Positions 1 through 10,729 of a DNA stretch of 64,000 bases are shown here, one piece after another (the stretch's first letter is position 1; every line of letters starts with the position of its first letter). The notes beneath the pieces are model-generated. The model did not search any database, was not told where the DNA came from, and saw nothing but the letters and a program-made list of their open reading frames with translations. The DNA comes from Gemmatimonadota bacterium (lineage in GTDB: Bacteria; Gemmatimonadota; Gemmatimonadetes; Palauibacterales; Palauibacteraceae), in contig OZ220691.1 of NCBI GenBank assembly GCA_965116475.1, positions 2,400,001 through 2,464,000 on the forward strand, given 5' to 3'. The translations under genes were made by a program, and so were the position numbers.

Positions 1-1
1 G

Positions 2-970
2 CGCGTCCGCAGCCCGCTCGGCGTCCTGCTCATCATCTTCGAGAGCCGGCCCGACGCGGTGATCCAGATCGGGTCGCTCGCCATCCGCTCCGGGAACGGG
101 GTCATCATGAAGGGCGGCCGCGAGGCGGCCCGCTCCAACGAGGTGCTCGTCGGCTGCCTGCGGCGGGCGCTGGACGAGGCGGGCCTCGATCGCCGGGCCG
201 TCCTCGGCGTCCCGGACCGGCGCGATGTCGACGAACTGCTCGCCCTCGACGACCTCATCGACCTCGTGATTCCGCGGGGGTCCGGGGCGCTCGTGCGCTC
301 GATCCAGGAGCGGAGCCGGATTCCGGTGCTGGGGCACGCGGAGGGCGTGTGCCACCTCTACGTGGATGCCTCGGCCGACGGGGAGATGGCGCTGCGGCTC
401 GCCGTGGACGGGAAATGCGACTACCCGGCCGCCTGCAACGCGACGGAGACGCTGCTCGTGCACGAAGCCTTCCTGCCGCGGCTGGCGCCGATCGGCGAGG
501 CGCTCCGCGAGCGCGGGGTCGAACTCCGCTGCGACGAGCCCTCGCGCCGGATCCTGCCGTGGGCCGAGGCCGCATCCGAGGAGGATTGGGGACTCGAGTT
601 CGGCGACCTAACGCTGGCCGTGCGCACCGTCGCGGGCGTGGAGCAGGCCATCGATTTCATTCACACCCACGGGAGCAGCCACACGGACGCGATCGTGGCC
701 GAGGATCCGGACGTCGCCGAACGGTTCCTGAAGGCCGTCGATGCGGCGAGCGTATTCCACAACGCGAGTACCCGCTTCGCGGACGGCTTCCGCTACGGGC
801 TTGGGGCGGAGGTGGGAATCAGCACGGCCCGCATCCACGCGCGCGGCCCGGTCGGCGTCGAGGGCCTCCTCACGACACGCTGGCTGCTGCGCGGCGAAGG
901 GCAAGGCGCCGCGGACTACGGCCCCGGCAAGCGCAGCTTCACCCACCGCGCGCTGGATACGAACGGCTGA
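2..970 (+). CDS. proA: Gamma-glutamyl phosphate reductase (5' end outside window)
   Basis: Frame open from base 2 (PLGVLLIIFESRPD); motifs DLVIPRGS, ACNATETLLVH, NASTRFADGFRYGLGAEVGIST, HARGPVG. Confidence 0.97.
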   Translation, partial: RVRSPLGVLLIIFESRPDAVIQIGSLAIRSGNGVIMKGGREAARSNEVLVGCLRRALDEAGLDRRAVLGVPDRRDVDELLALDDLIDLVIPRGSGALVRSIQERSRIPVLGHAEGVCHLYVDASADGEMALRLAVDGKCDYPAACNATETLLVHEAFLPRLAPIGEALRERGVELRCDEPSRRILPWAEAASEEDWGLEFGDLTLAVRTVAGVEQAIDFIHTHGSSHTDAIVAEDPDVAERFLKAVDAASVFHNASTRFADGFRYGLGAEVGISTARIHARGPVGVEGLLTTRWLLRGEGQGAADYGPGKRSFTHRALDTNG

Positions 971-1011
971 CCGCGTAGGCGGCCGCCGGCCGCGTAGGCG
1001 GTGGTCGGCCG

Positions 1012-1803
1012 CTACTGAATGCGGCGGACGCGGATGTTGCGGTACCAGACGGGGTCGCCGTGGTCCTGGATGCCGAGGTGGCCCTCGTGGTGCCGGCCGT
1101 AGTCGGGCCACTCCACGAACTTGCTTCCCGCCACCAGCGCTTCCCACTCGTCCGAACCGATTTCGTACTCGACGATCCGGACGCCGTTCAGCCAGTGGGC
1201 GACCTGGTTGCCGTGGCGGACGATCCGGACTTCGTTCCACTCGCCGGCCGGGCGTGACACATCCTCCGGAGGCGCGTGCAGGCCGTAGTTCGATCCCGCC
1301 GACGTGAGCGGATTGCCGCCGTCGTAGTGCCCCGCGTTGTCCAGGACCTGCATCTCGGGGCCCGACTCGAACGCGCGCTCGGTGTTCTCGGAGATGCCGA
1401 AAAAGACCCCGCTGTTGCCGCCTTCGCCGACCTTCCACTCGAGGCGCAGGTCGAAATCCGCGTAGGTCTCCCGCGTGATGAGCGTCCCGCCCCCGACGCC
1501 CGGCGTGAAAGCGAGCGCCCCTTCCATCGCGCTCCAGCCCGCGGGGACATCATCCATCCGGAACCCCCGCCACGCCTCGAGCGATTCCCCGTCGAAGAGG
1601 AGTTCGAAGCCTTCCGCGGCCTCCTCGGCGGAGAGCCGGTTGGCCGCCATCTGCGCTTCGGCGTCCGCGTCGCCCTGCGCCGCGTCTTCCAACTGCGACC
1701 CCGCCTCCGCCTGCCCACACCCTAATGCGGCGACGGCGCCGAACAGGGGGAGGACCCACGTCGCCGGGGACCCCGGCTTGAACGAATCGATACGTCGCGT
1801 CAC
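1012..1803 (-). CDS. DUF1080 (3-keto-disaccharide hydrolase family) lipoprotein
   Basis: GTG start at 1803, lipobox-like AALGC; GFELLFDG, DFDLRLEWK, GNSGVF, GPEMQVLD, GEWNEVRI, GHLGIQDHG-WYRNIRVR. Confidence 0.9.
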   Translation of the reverse strand: MTRRIDSFKPGSPATWVLPLFGAVAALGCGQAEAGSQLEDAAQGDADAEAQMAANRLSAEEAAEGFELLFDGESLEAWRGFRMDDVPAGWSAMEGALAFTPGVGGGTLITRETYADFDLRLEWKVGEGGNSGVFFGISENTERAFESGPEMQVLDNAGHYDGGNPLTSAGSNYGLHAPPEDVSRPAGEWNEVRIVRHGNQVAHWLNGVRIVEYEIGSDEWEALVAGSKFVEWPDYGRHHEGHLGIQDHGDPVWYRNIRVRRIQ

Positions 1804-1909
1804 GGCTGAACTCCGGTTTCCGAACCGAATCGAGTGGCTCGCCTCACGGTAGACCCCGCGCCCGACCGCCACAACCACGCAACGGCCGTAGAGGTTGCCG
1901 CTCCAGTCA

Positions 1910-3154
1910 CTAGCGGCGGCCGCCGGCGATGCGGGTGGATTCGGGGCGGCGGCGCAACGCCAGCATGCTCCATGTGCCGAGGGCGGGGCCGATGGCGAGA
2001 GGGGCGAAGGCCCACTCCCAGCCCAGCGTCGCCTCCCACACCGGGACGAGGCGGATGGTGGCGATCGTGAGCAGGAAGCCGATCGCCGTCTGCAGCGTGA
2101 GCGCCGTGCCGACGTACTCCGGTTCGGCGAGTTCGCTCACGCAGGCGGAGAACTGCGCGGAGTCGGCGACGATCGTGAACCCCCACACGAAACAGACCGC
2201 CGCGACGGGCCAGACGGGGCCGCCGAACAGGGGCCCGATGGCCAGGCAGCAGGCGCCGCTCACCACCATGCTCCAGCTTGTCACGGCCGTGCGCCCGATG
2301 CGATCCGCGAGCACGCCGGCCGCGGCGGCGCCAAGCCCCCCGGCCGCGATCGTCCCGAACGCCAGGTACGAGGCGAGGGCGGGGGTCGAGCCCGCGCTCG
2401 AGTCCGCCGCGAAGCTCGCCGCCAGGAAGGCGGGGATCCACGTCCACATGGCGAACAGTTCCCACATGTGCCCGAAGTAGCCGCCGTTGGCGAGCATCGT
2501 CGCCCGATCGGCGAACATGCGCCGCACGGCGCGGGGGTCGAAGGGGGCGGCCGGCGCCTGGTGGGGTCCCGCGCGGAGCCCGGTCGCGGCGAGCACGGCC
2601 GCCACGACCGCGAAGCCCGAGGCGAGCAGGAGCACCGGCCGCCAGGCGCCGATCCCCCCGAGCGGCCGCAGCAGGTGCGGCAGCGCGCTCCCGATCGCGA
2701 GGGCGCCGATGAGGATCCCGATCGCCATCCCCCGCCCCGCGCGGAACCAGCCCGCGACCATCTTCATCCCCGGAGGGTAGACGCCCGCCAGCGCGACCCC
2801 CGTCACGAATCGGAGGACGACGGTGAGGGCGAGTCCGTCGGCGAAGAGGGCGATCGCGGCCGTGGCGGCCGCTCCGAGCAGGGCGGACCCGGCGATGAGC
2901 CGGCGCGGGTCCCACACGTCCGAGAGCGTGAGCAGCGCCGAGAGGACGGCCCCCGTGGCGAAGCCGAGTTGCACGGAGGTGGTGAGCCAGGCCGCCCCGG
3001 AGTCGTCCAGCCCCCAAGCCTCGCGCAGCTCCGGCACGACCGCGCTGGCCGAGAACCAGAGGCTCATCGCGAGCAGATCGACCAGCGCGAGCAGGGCGAG
3101 CTGTCCCGCTCCCCGCGCACCGGTGGCACCGGTGTCGGGAGGGCGCGGGGTCAT
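1910..3154 (-). CDS. MFS transporter
   Basis: About 12 hydrophobic segments, motif GVLADRIGR; ATG at 3154 just after the acs stop. Confidence 0.9.
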   Translation of the reverse strand: MTPRPPDTGATGARGAGQLALLALVDLLAMSLWFSASAVVPELREAWGLDDSGAAWLTTSVQLGFATGAVLSALLTLSDVWDPRRLIAGSALLGAAATAAIALFADGLALTVVLRFVTGVALAGVYPPGMKMVAGWFRAGRGMAIGILIGALAIGSALPHLLRPLGGIGAWRPVLLLASGFAVVAAVLAATGLRAGPHQAPAAPFDPRAVRRMFADRATMLANGGYFGHMWELFAMWTWIPAFLAASFAADSSAGSTPALASYLAFGTIAAGGLGAAAAGVLADRIGRTAVTSWSMVVSGACCLAIGPLFGGPVWPVAAVCFVWGFTIVADSAQFSACVSELAEPEYVGTALTLQTAIGFLLTIATIRLVPVWEATLGWEWAFAPLAIGPALGTWSMLALRRRPESTRIAGGRR

Positions 3155-3161
3155 GGGTCGG

Positions 3162-5147
3162 CTACCCCTCGCTGTCGGCGAACTGTTGCTGCAGGCTTCG
3201 CACCACGGCGGGATCGGCGAGCGTCGTCGTGTCGCCCAGCGCCCGTCCCTCCGCCACATCGCGCAGCAGCCGCCGCATGATCTTCCCGCTTCGCGTCTTC
3301 GGCAGTTCGGCGGCGAAGATGAGATCCGCCGGCCGCGCGATCGCGCCGATCTGCGCCGCCACGTGCCCCCGCAGTTCCTGGCGCAGCGCCTCGGACGTCT
3401 CGGTCCCCTCCACGACGCTCACGAACGCGGCCACCGCCTGTCCCTTGATCTCGTCCGACCGCCCCACGACCGCGGCCTCCGCCACCGCCTCGTGGTCGAC
3501 CAGCGCGGACTCCACCTCCATGGTCCCGATCCGGTGGCCGGCCACGTTCAGCACGTCGTCCACGCGGCCCATGATCCAGTAGTAGCCGTCCTCATCCACC
3601 CGCGCCCCGTCGCCGGGGAAGTAGATGCCGGGCCACTTCGACCAGTACGTCTCGCGGTAGCGCTCCTCGTCTCCCCACACCCCCCGCAGCATCCCCGGCC
3701 AGGGCGACGTGATCGCCAGGTAGCCGGACTCCGCCGGGCTCCCCTCCTCGTCGAGGATCGCCGCCTCGATGCCGGGGAACGGGACCGTCGCCGTGCCCGG
3801 CTTCGTGACGATCGCCCCCGGGAGCGGCGTGATCATGATCCCGCCCGTCTCCGTCTGCCACCACGTGTCGACGATCGGGCAGCGGCCGCCGCCGATGTGG
3901 CGGTCGTACCACACCCACGCCTCGGGGTTGATGGGCTCGCCCACCGTCCCCAGCAGCCGGAGCGTCGAGAGGTCGTAGCCCGCGGGCCAGTCATCCCCCC
4001 AGCGCATGAAGGCGCGGATCGCCGTCGGCGCCGTGTAGAACACCGTCACCGCGTAGCGCTCGCACAGCTCCCAGAAGCGGCCCCGGTCCGGCCAGTCGGG
4101 CGACCCCTCGTACATCACCACCGTCGCCCCGTTCGAGAGCGGGCCGTACACGATGTAGGAGTGGCCCGTCACCCAGCCCACGTCCGCCGTGCACCAGTAG
4201 ATGTCGTCCTCCCGGAGGTCGAACACCCACTTCGCGGTCGCGGTCACGTGCGTCATGTAGCCGCCGGTCGTGTGCATCACGCCCTTCGGCTTCCCCGTCG
4301 TCCCGGAGGTGTAGAGGATGTAGAGCAGGTCCTCCGAATCCATCGGCTCGGCGGGGCAGTCGGCGTCCGCCGCGGCGACCAGGTCGTGGTACCAGTGGTC
4401 CCGGCCCTCGGTCATCCCGCACGACGGCGTCTCCACCCGAGCTCCGTGCGGCGCCGCCCCGGGGTCGGTCACGGCGGAGCGCTGGACGACGACGACGCTC
4501 GTCACGTAGTCGAGACCCTCGATGGCCGCGTCCGTGCTCGCCTTGAGCGGGATGATCCCGCCGCGGCGATATCCCCCGTCCGCGGTGATCACGCACGTGG
4601 CGTGGGCGTCTTCGATCCGGTCGCGCAGGGACTGGGGCGAGAAGCCTCCGAAGACGACGGAGTGCGGGGCGCCGATGCGCGCGCAGGCGAGCATGGCGAT
4701 GGCCGCCTCCGGAACCATCGGGAGATAGATCGCGACCCGGTCCCCCTTCCCGACGCCGAGGCCCCGGAGCGCGTTCGCGAACCGGCACACCTCCTCGTGC
4801 AACTCGCGGTAGGTGTAGCGGCGCACGTCTCCCGGCTCGCCCTCCCAGACGAGGGCCGTCTTCGAGCCGCGCGCCTCCAGGTGGCGGTCGAGGCAGTTGT
4901 ACGCGGCGTTGAGCGTGCCGCCCACGAACCACTTCGAGAAGGGAGGATCCCACTCCAGCACCGTGTCCCACGGCGTGAACCAGTCGAGCCGGCGCGCCCA
5001 CGCCTCCCAGTACGCCTCGCGGTCCCGGCCGGCCTCGTCGTACGGGCCGCGGTCGCCCACGTGGGCGGCCGCGACGAAGTCCGCCGACGGTTCGAAGGTC
5101 CGCTGTTCGTCCAGCAGGACATCGATTTCCCGGTGCTGTTCTGTCAT
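3162..5147 (-). CDS. acs: Acetyl-CoA synthetase (acetate--CoA ligase)
   Basis: [48 protein letters not shown]; start MTEQHRE. Confidence 0.97.
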   Translation of the reverse strand: MTEQHREIDVLLDEQRTFEPSADFVAAAHVGDRGPYDEAGRDREAYWEAWARRLDWFTPWDTVLEWDPPFSKWFVGGTLNAAYNCLDRHLEARGSKTALVWEGEPGDVRRYTYRELHEEVCRFANALRGLGVGKGDRVAIYLPMVPEAAIAMLACARIGAPHSVVFGGFSPQSLRDRIEDAHATCVITADGGYRRGGIIPLKASTDAAIEGLDYVTSVVVVQRSAVTDPGAAPHGARVETPSCGMTEGRDHWYHDLVAAADADCPAEPMDSEDLLYILYTSGTTGKPKGVMHTTGGYMTHVTATAKWVFDLREDDIYWCTADVGWVTGHSYIVYGPLSNGATVVMYEGSPDWPDRGRFWELCERYAVTVFYTAPTAIRAFMRWGDDWPAGYDLSTLRLLGTVGEPINPEAWVWYDRHIGGGRCPIVDTWWQTETGGIMITPLPGAIVTKPGTATVPFPGIEAAILDEEGSPAESGYLAITSPWPGMLRGVWGDEERYRETYWSKWPGIYFPGDGARVDEDGYYWIMGRVDDVLNVAGHRIGTMEVESALVDHEAVAEAAVVGRSDEIKGQAVAAFVSVVEGTETSEALRQELRGHVAAQIGAIARPADLIFAAELPKTRSGKIMRRLLRDVAEGRALGDTTTLADPAVVRSLQQQFADSEG

Positions 5148-5308
5148 GAAGTTGCTCGAATCGGAGGGGAGACACGGACGGACGCGCTTGTCACGGAGCC
5201 GCCGGCGACGCCATCTAGTGTCGACACTGGCGGGCCGGCCGGGGCCGCATGGCGTGACAGTAGACGACGCCTGGCGGCGCAGGCAAGCACCCGCAGCCGC
5301 GGCGCGAC

Positions 5309-5344
5309 GAAGCACGCAGTGAAGCACAGAGTGAAGCACGGAGT
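5309..5344 (+). repeat. 3 x 12-bp tandem repeat GAAGCAC(G/A)(C/G)AGT
   Basis: gaagcacgcagt gaagcacagagt gaagcacggagt directly upstream of ATG 5348. Confidence 0.85.
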
Positions 5345-5347
5345 TCC

Positions 5348-5656
5348 ATGACCGAAGACACGCTGGCCCTGATCCTGATCATCGCCGGATCCCTGGGCGC
5401 GCTCCTCGCCCTCGCCTTCGGCATCTGGGTGGGACTCGGCTCTCCGGGGCTCTACGACAAGCACGCGCCGACGGGAAGGGCGCCGCGCGAGTCGCCCTGG
5501 CGCTGGTTGCTGGGGGGCCGGCAGCGCGCCCGTTCGAGCCGCTTCGACGCGGTGATGCGGGACGCGGAAGCCGAAGAGGAGGAAGACGCGGGGGAGGAGC
5601 CCGAGCGGTACGCGTCGAAACCGGACTTCAGCCGGGGGCGTCGCTTTCAGCGATGA
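5348..5656 (+). CDS. Small hypothetical membrane protein
   Basis: GGAG before ATG, N-terminal TM helix, acidic C-terminal stretch; precedes the CDF gene. Confidence 0.7.
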   Translation: MTEDTLALILIIAGSLGALLALAFGIWVGLGSPGLYDKHAPTGRAPRESPWRWLLGGRQRARSSRFDAVMRDAEAEEEEDAGEEPERYASKPDFSRGRRFQR

Positions 5657-5666
5657 GTCCGGGGCG

Positions 5667-6560
5667 GTGAATCTGCCGGCGGACCGCCACGGACGGGTGC
5701 GCCGCATACTCCTGTGGGTGCTGCTCGCGAACGTGGCGGTGATCGCGGCGAAGTTGACCGTCGGTCTGCGCTCGGGGTCGATCGCCGTGCTGGGCGACGC
5801 GGCCCACTCGGGCGTCGATGCGATCAACAACGTCGTGGGCCTCGCCGCGATGCGCCTCGCGGCCGCCCCGCCGGACGCCGAACATCCCTACGGACACGGC
5901 AAGTTCGAGACGCTCGCGGCGCTCGCCGTGGCGGCCTTCCTCTCGGTCACGTGCTTCGAACTCGTCCAGGGCGCCCTGGAGCGCCTCATCCGCGGCGGCG
6001 CTGCCCCGGATCTCGAACCGGCGATGATGATCGTGCTCCTCGCGGCCCTGGTCGTGAACGGGGCGGTCGCGCTGGGCGAGGCGAGGGCGAGCCGTACGTT
6101 GTCGAGCGAGATCCTCGCGGCGGACGCCCGGCACACGGCCTCCGATGTCCTGGTGACGGCGGGCGTGCTGGCCGGTCTTGCCATCACCGCCCGGACCGGC
6201 TGGGCCGCGGCCGACGCATGGCTCGCGCTCGCCGTGGCGCTCGTCGTGGCCCGATCCGGCTACAAGATCCTCCGCGAGACCATCCCCGTCCTCGTCGACG
6301 AACGGGCTGTCGATCCGCGGGAGATCGAAGGCGTGGCGGGCGGGGTGCCCGGCGTCCATGCCGTGACCCGGGTTCGTTCGCGCGGCAAGTCGGTCGGGCG
6401 CTTCGCGGAACTCACGATTCGTGTGGCACCCGGAGAAACGGTGGTCAGCGGCCACGACATCGCCGATGAAGTCGAGCGGCGAGTCGCCGCCGAGATCGGA
6501 TTCACCGACGTGACCGTGCACGTCGAACCGCATGTGAGCGAACCGCACCGGGAGAGTTGA
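5667..6560 (+). CDS. Cation diffusion facilitator family transporter
   Basis: SIAVLGDAAHSGVD, HPYGHGKFE, ADARHTASD, C-terminal VTVHVEP. Confidence 0.95.
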   Translation: MNLPADRHGRVRRILLWVLLANVAVIAAKLTVGLRSGSIAVLGDAAHSGVDAINNVVGLAAMRLAAAPPDAEHPYGHGKFETLAALAVAAFLSVTCFELVQGALERLIRGGAAPDLEPAMMIVLLAALVVNGAVALGEARASRTLSSEILAADARHTASDVLVTAGVLAGLAITARTGWAAADAWLALAVALVVARSGYKILRETIPVLVDERAVDPREIEGVAGGVPGVHAVTRVRSRGKSVGRFAELTIRVAPGETVVSGHDIADEVERRVAAEIGFTDVTVHVEPHVSEPHRES

Positions 6561-6593
6561 TCCGGCGTCGCCGGCGCGGCCCGTCCCGGCGGG

Positions 6594-7271
6594 TCAGTCC
6601 GAGGTCGCCTCGACGACCCAGAGGCAGTGATCCTCTCCATGGGCTTCGCACCGTGGGTGCGAGACGTAGCCCTCCGCCGCCCGGTACGTCCGGAACGACT
6701 CGTCGATGATCCCCGACAGGATTTCGCAGCCGCGCCCACCTTTATCGGCCGTGGCCAGCACCGGGAGGCCGCGTTCGATCACGAGCCCGTTCATTCCCTT
6801 CGCGATCCGGATCTTCGAAGACGGGCTGAGGCGGCGAGCGATTTTCTTCACTCGCCCCCAGGCGAGGATCCGCCGCAGCCTGGAGGGGATCAGCCGCCAC
6901 CCGAAGCGCAGGGTTACGCGCGCGCCGGGGCCGAAGGCCTCATGCGTGACCCGGCGTCCCGTCGAGGCGAAGATCTCCGGAGCATCGGCCCGCTTCGCGA
7001 CGAGTTCAAACAGGCTCGCCAGTTCGGCGGCGCGCACGTCCCCGCCACCCTCCTCGTAGCGGCGAATCTGCTTGAGCACCACACTCGACAGCCCCAGCCG
7101 CCGGCGGATGTTCAGGGAGAGGTCCATTCCCTCGAGTTCCCGCGGATCTTCGGGCGTGTCGAGGTCTTTGAGGGTCAGCAGAAGCGCGAGCGGAATGCGA
7201 ACGGGTATGTCGCCCTCGAACTCGTCGTCCTGTGCGTCGTCTTGTGCGCGCGGAGAATCAACCGGCATCAT
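6594..7271 (-). CDS. Hypothetical protein with V4R-like C-terminus
   Basis: GCEILSGII ... HPRCEAHGEDHCLWVV matches the V4R Cys pattern. Confidence 0.65.
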   Translation of the reverse strand: MMPVDSPRAQDDAQDDEFEGDIPVRIPLALLLTLKDLDTPEDPRELEGMDLSLNIRRRLGLSSVVLKQIRRYEEGGGDVRAAELASLFELVAKRADAPEIFASTGRRVTHEAFGPGARVTLRFGWRLIPSRLRRILAWGRVKKIARRLSPSSKIRIAKGMNGLVIERGLPVLATADKGGRGCEILSGIIDESFRTYRAAEGYVSHPRCEAHGEDHCLWVVEATSD

Positions 7272-7349
7272 GGGTCGCAAGGCTACGGCGGCACTTCCGG
7301 GCCTGCAAGCGGCGCCGGACGCCGGAGCCCCCCCTTACTGGGAGGCGTC

Positions 7350-7757
7350 ATGAATGCACCCGTCTCGAAGGAAACCACCCACGCCGTGCTCCGGGTCACC
7401 GCCGGCCTCATGCTATGGCAGCACGGAGCCCAGAAGCTCCTCGGCATGTTCGGAAGGGACGCCGTCGGCAACTGGTTCTCGTGGCCCGTGGGGATCGCGG
7501 GCATCATCGAGTTCTTCCTGCCGATCCTCATCATCCTCGGGATCCGCACGCGCTGGGTCGCCTTCGTCCTCACGGGCCACTTCGCGGTCGTGTACTGGTG
7601 GCGCCACTTCTTCGCCCGCGAGATGGAGTTCTGGCCGATCGTGAACGGCGGCGAACTCGCCATCCTGTACTGCGCCATCTTCCTCTTCCTGTGGACGACG
7701 GGCAGCGGAAAGTTCAGCCTCGACCACATGGTCCCGGGTCCCGGCCGGGAAGAGTAG
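7350..7757 (+). CDS. DoxX family membrane protein
   Basis: GGAGG RBS; LRVTAGLMLWQHGAQKL, NGGELAILYC, GSGKFSLD. Confidence 0.92.
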   Translation: MNAPVSKETTHAVLRVTAGLMLWQHGAQKLLGMFGRDAVGNWFSWPVGIAGIIEFFLPILIILGIRTRWVAFVLTGHFAVVYWWRHFFAREMEFWPIVNGGELAILYCAIFLFLWTTGSGKFSLDHMVPGPGREE

Positions 7758-7798
7758 CCGCAAGTTGTTCGGCCGCCGTTCCGGCCCCATCTTGTGCG

Positions 7799-7839
7799 GC
7801 CGGACGGCGGCCTCCGCAGGGTGCCGCCGTCCGGCTTTT
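7799..7839 (+). terminator. Rho-independent terminator after the DoxX gene
   Basis: 13-bp stem gccggacggcggc / gccgccgtccggc followed by TTTT. Confidence 0.75.
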
Positions 7840-7901
7840 GCCACGGGCTGCCAGTGCATCTCCCCGGCATAATCCCCTACGACGGAGCGGACCCGCGACC
7901 C

Positions 7902-10393
7902 ATGTACGACCCGATCGCCATCGAATCCCGGTGGCAGGCCTGGTGGGAGGAGAACGGGACGAACGAGCCCGACCTCGACGCCGCCGAGCGTCCGTTCTTC
8001 AACCTGATGATGTACCCCTATCCATCGGCCGAGGGGCTGCACGTAGGAAACCTGTACGCCTTCACGGGGGCCGACATCTACGGGCGCTTCCGCCGCCTGC
8101 GGGGCGATGACGTCTTCGAGCCCATCGGATACGACGCGTTCGGCATCCACTCGGAGAACCACGCGCTCAAGGTCGACACGCACCCGATGGAGTTGATCCC
8201 CTCGAACATCGGCAACTTCGAGCGGATGCTGAGGGCGGCGGGGCTCATGACCGACTGGTCGCGCACGGTCGATACGACGGATCCCCGCTACTACAAGTGG
8301 ACGCAGTGGATCTTCGTCCAGCTCTTCAAGGCGGGCCTGGCGGAGAAGAAGGAAGCCGCGGTCAACTGGTGCCCGCAGTGCCAGACGGTGCTCGCGAACG
8401 AACAGGTGATCGCCGGCTGTGCGAACGGTGCGACGCCGCGGTCGAACAGCGGATGCTGAGCCAGTGGTTCTTCCGGATCACGGACTACGCGCAGCGGCTG
8501 CTCGACAACCTGGAGTGGATCGACTGGTCGGAGACGACGAAGACGGCCCAGCGCAACTGGATCGGCCGCTCCGAGGGCGCGCGGCTGCACTTCCCGCTCT
8601 CCGGCGCCGCGGCCGCCGCCGGCGCCGAGACCGGTGGCGAGACGGATCGGATCGAAGTGTTCACCACCCGGCCGGACACCCTTTTCGGCGCGACCTTCAT
8701 GGTACTGGCGCCGGAGCATCCCCTCGTCGAGCGGCTCACGACGGACGAGCGGCGCGCCGAGGTGGAGGCCTACGTGCGCGCGGCCGCGGCCGTCGACCTC
8801 GTGGAACGGCAGAAGACGGACGAGCGCGAGAAGACCGGCGTGTTCACGGGCGGGTACGCGCGGAACCCGGCCACCGGGGAGGACATCCCCGTGTGGGTCG
8901 CCGACTACGTCCTCATGGACTATGGCACCGGCGCCATCATGGCCGTGCCCGGACACGATCAGCGGGACTTCGACTTCGCGCGCCAGTTCGGGTTGGCCGT
9001 CGTTCAGGTCGTATGCTCCCGCGCGGCACTTCCGGAAGGTGCGGATCCCGCGGACATTGGGGGCGGCGAGGCGGAGGCCGCCTTTGTCGAGCACACCGCC
9101 GATGAGATTCTCGTGAACTCCGGGCGTTTCAGCGGGATGAAGGCCGACGCGGGCGGGCGCGCGATCACCGAGTGGCTGGCGGAGCGCGGGCTCGCGGCGG
9201 CGGAGGTCAACTACCGGCTGCACGACTGGTGCATCTCCCGGCAGCGGTACTGGGGGCCGCCGATCCCCATCATCTACTGCGACGACTGCGGTCCGCAGGC
9301 GGTGCCGGAGGAAGATCTCCCGGTCGTCCTCCCGTTCGTGGAGGACTTTCGGCCCACGGCGACCGGCGTGAGCCCGCTCGCGCGCGACCCGGACTTCCGC
9401 GCGGCCGCCTGTCCGGCGTGCGGCGACGAGGCCCGGCGCGAGACCGACGTCTCCGACACCTTCCTCGACTCGGGCTGGTACTTCCTGCGCTATCCCTCGA
9501 CCGAGTTCGACGACCGCCCGTTCGACCCCGCGCGGACGCGGAAGTGGCTACCGGTCAGCAGCTACATCGGCGGCGAGGAACACTCCGTCCTCCACCTCCT
9601 CTACTCCCGCTTTCTCACCATGGTGCTGCACGACCTCGGGCACCTCGAGTTCGAGGAACCGTACCACCGCTTCCGCAAGCACGGCCTCCTCATCCGGGAC
9701 GGCGCCAAGATCTCGAAGTCGCGTGGCAACGTGATCCTCCCGGACGAGTACATCGCGCGGTTCGGCGCGGACACGTTCCGCATGTACCTGATGTTCCTCG
9801 GCCCCTTCCAGCGGGGTGGGGACTTCCGCGACAGCGGCCTGGCCGGTCCCGATCGTTTCCTGAAGAAGGTGTGGGACAGCGTGACGGCCGCGGCCGAGGC
9901 GGGGCGCACGGGATTCGACGATCCGGGCGTGGAGCGGGCGCTGCACGCGACGATCAGGCAGATCTCGGAGGACCTCGAGGCGCTGAGCTACAACACGGCG
10001 ATCGCCGCCGCGATGGACTACCTGAACACGTTGCGCGCCGGCGGGCGCACGGCCTCGATCGACGAGGTGCGGCCGCTGGTGATCATGATTGCGCCCGTCG
10101 CGCCCCACATCGCCGAGGAGCTGTGGGCCCGCCTCGGCGGCGCCTCGAGCCTCTTCGATCACGCCGAGTGGCCGGCCTGGGACGAGCGCAAGCTCATGGT
10201 CGACGAGGTCGAACTCCCGGTGCAGGTGAACGGCCGGCTGCGGGCGACGATCCGCGTGGCCCGGGGCGCCCCGGAAGACGTCGTGCGCGAGGCGGCGCTG
10301 GCCGAGGCGAACGTGATCCGGCGCCTCGACGGGGTCGCGATCCGAAAGGTGATCCACATCCCGGACCGCATGCTGAACCTCGTGGTGTCCTAG
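7902..10393 (+). CDS. leuS: Leucine--tRNA ligase, split by a -1 frameshift at about 8417
   Basis: MYPYPSAEGLHVGN (HIGH-like), DWCISRQRYWG, KISKS; two overlapping ORFs join at VIAG|LCERC. Confidence 0.95.
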
Positions 10394-10441
10394 CGCGGCG
10401 TCAGCATCGAGCCCGACCCCAAGGCGTCCCCCACCGGCCGC

Positions 10442-10729
10442 CTACCATTCGACGGAACCTTCCGCGCCGGTGTCGATGGGGGCGGCGGTGCCCTCCTCGC
10501 CGAAGAGGTGAATGCGGAGGTTCCTGTAGAGGAATTCGCGCGCCGGCGCCTCGTGGAGCTTGAGCCCGTAGTGGTTGATGAGGAGCATCTGCCGGTTCTT
10601 CCACTCCTCCCAGCAGGCGGCGCAGATCTCGGCCACGATCCGCTCGCCGAGTTCGCTCGGGAACGGGACGCGCTCGATCCGGCCCTGGTCGTCGCGGCCG
10701 CAGCGCACGCAGGCGAACGGTTCCGTCAT
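10442..10729 (-). CDS. Fe(II)-trafficking / oxidative damage protection protein (YggX family)
   Basis: PFPSELGERI--EICAACWEEWKNRQMLLINHYGL. Confidence 0.88.
   Translation of the reverse strand: MTEPFACVRCGRDDQGRIERVPFPSELGERIVAEICAACWEEWKNRQMLLINHYGLKLHEAPAREFLYRNLRIHLFGEEGTAAPIDTGAEGSVEW

Noticed and set aside
971..1001. Direct repeat ccgcgtaggcgg x2 between converging genes
   Set aside because: Two copies only; consistent with local slippage, not a REP family seen elsewhere in the window.
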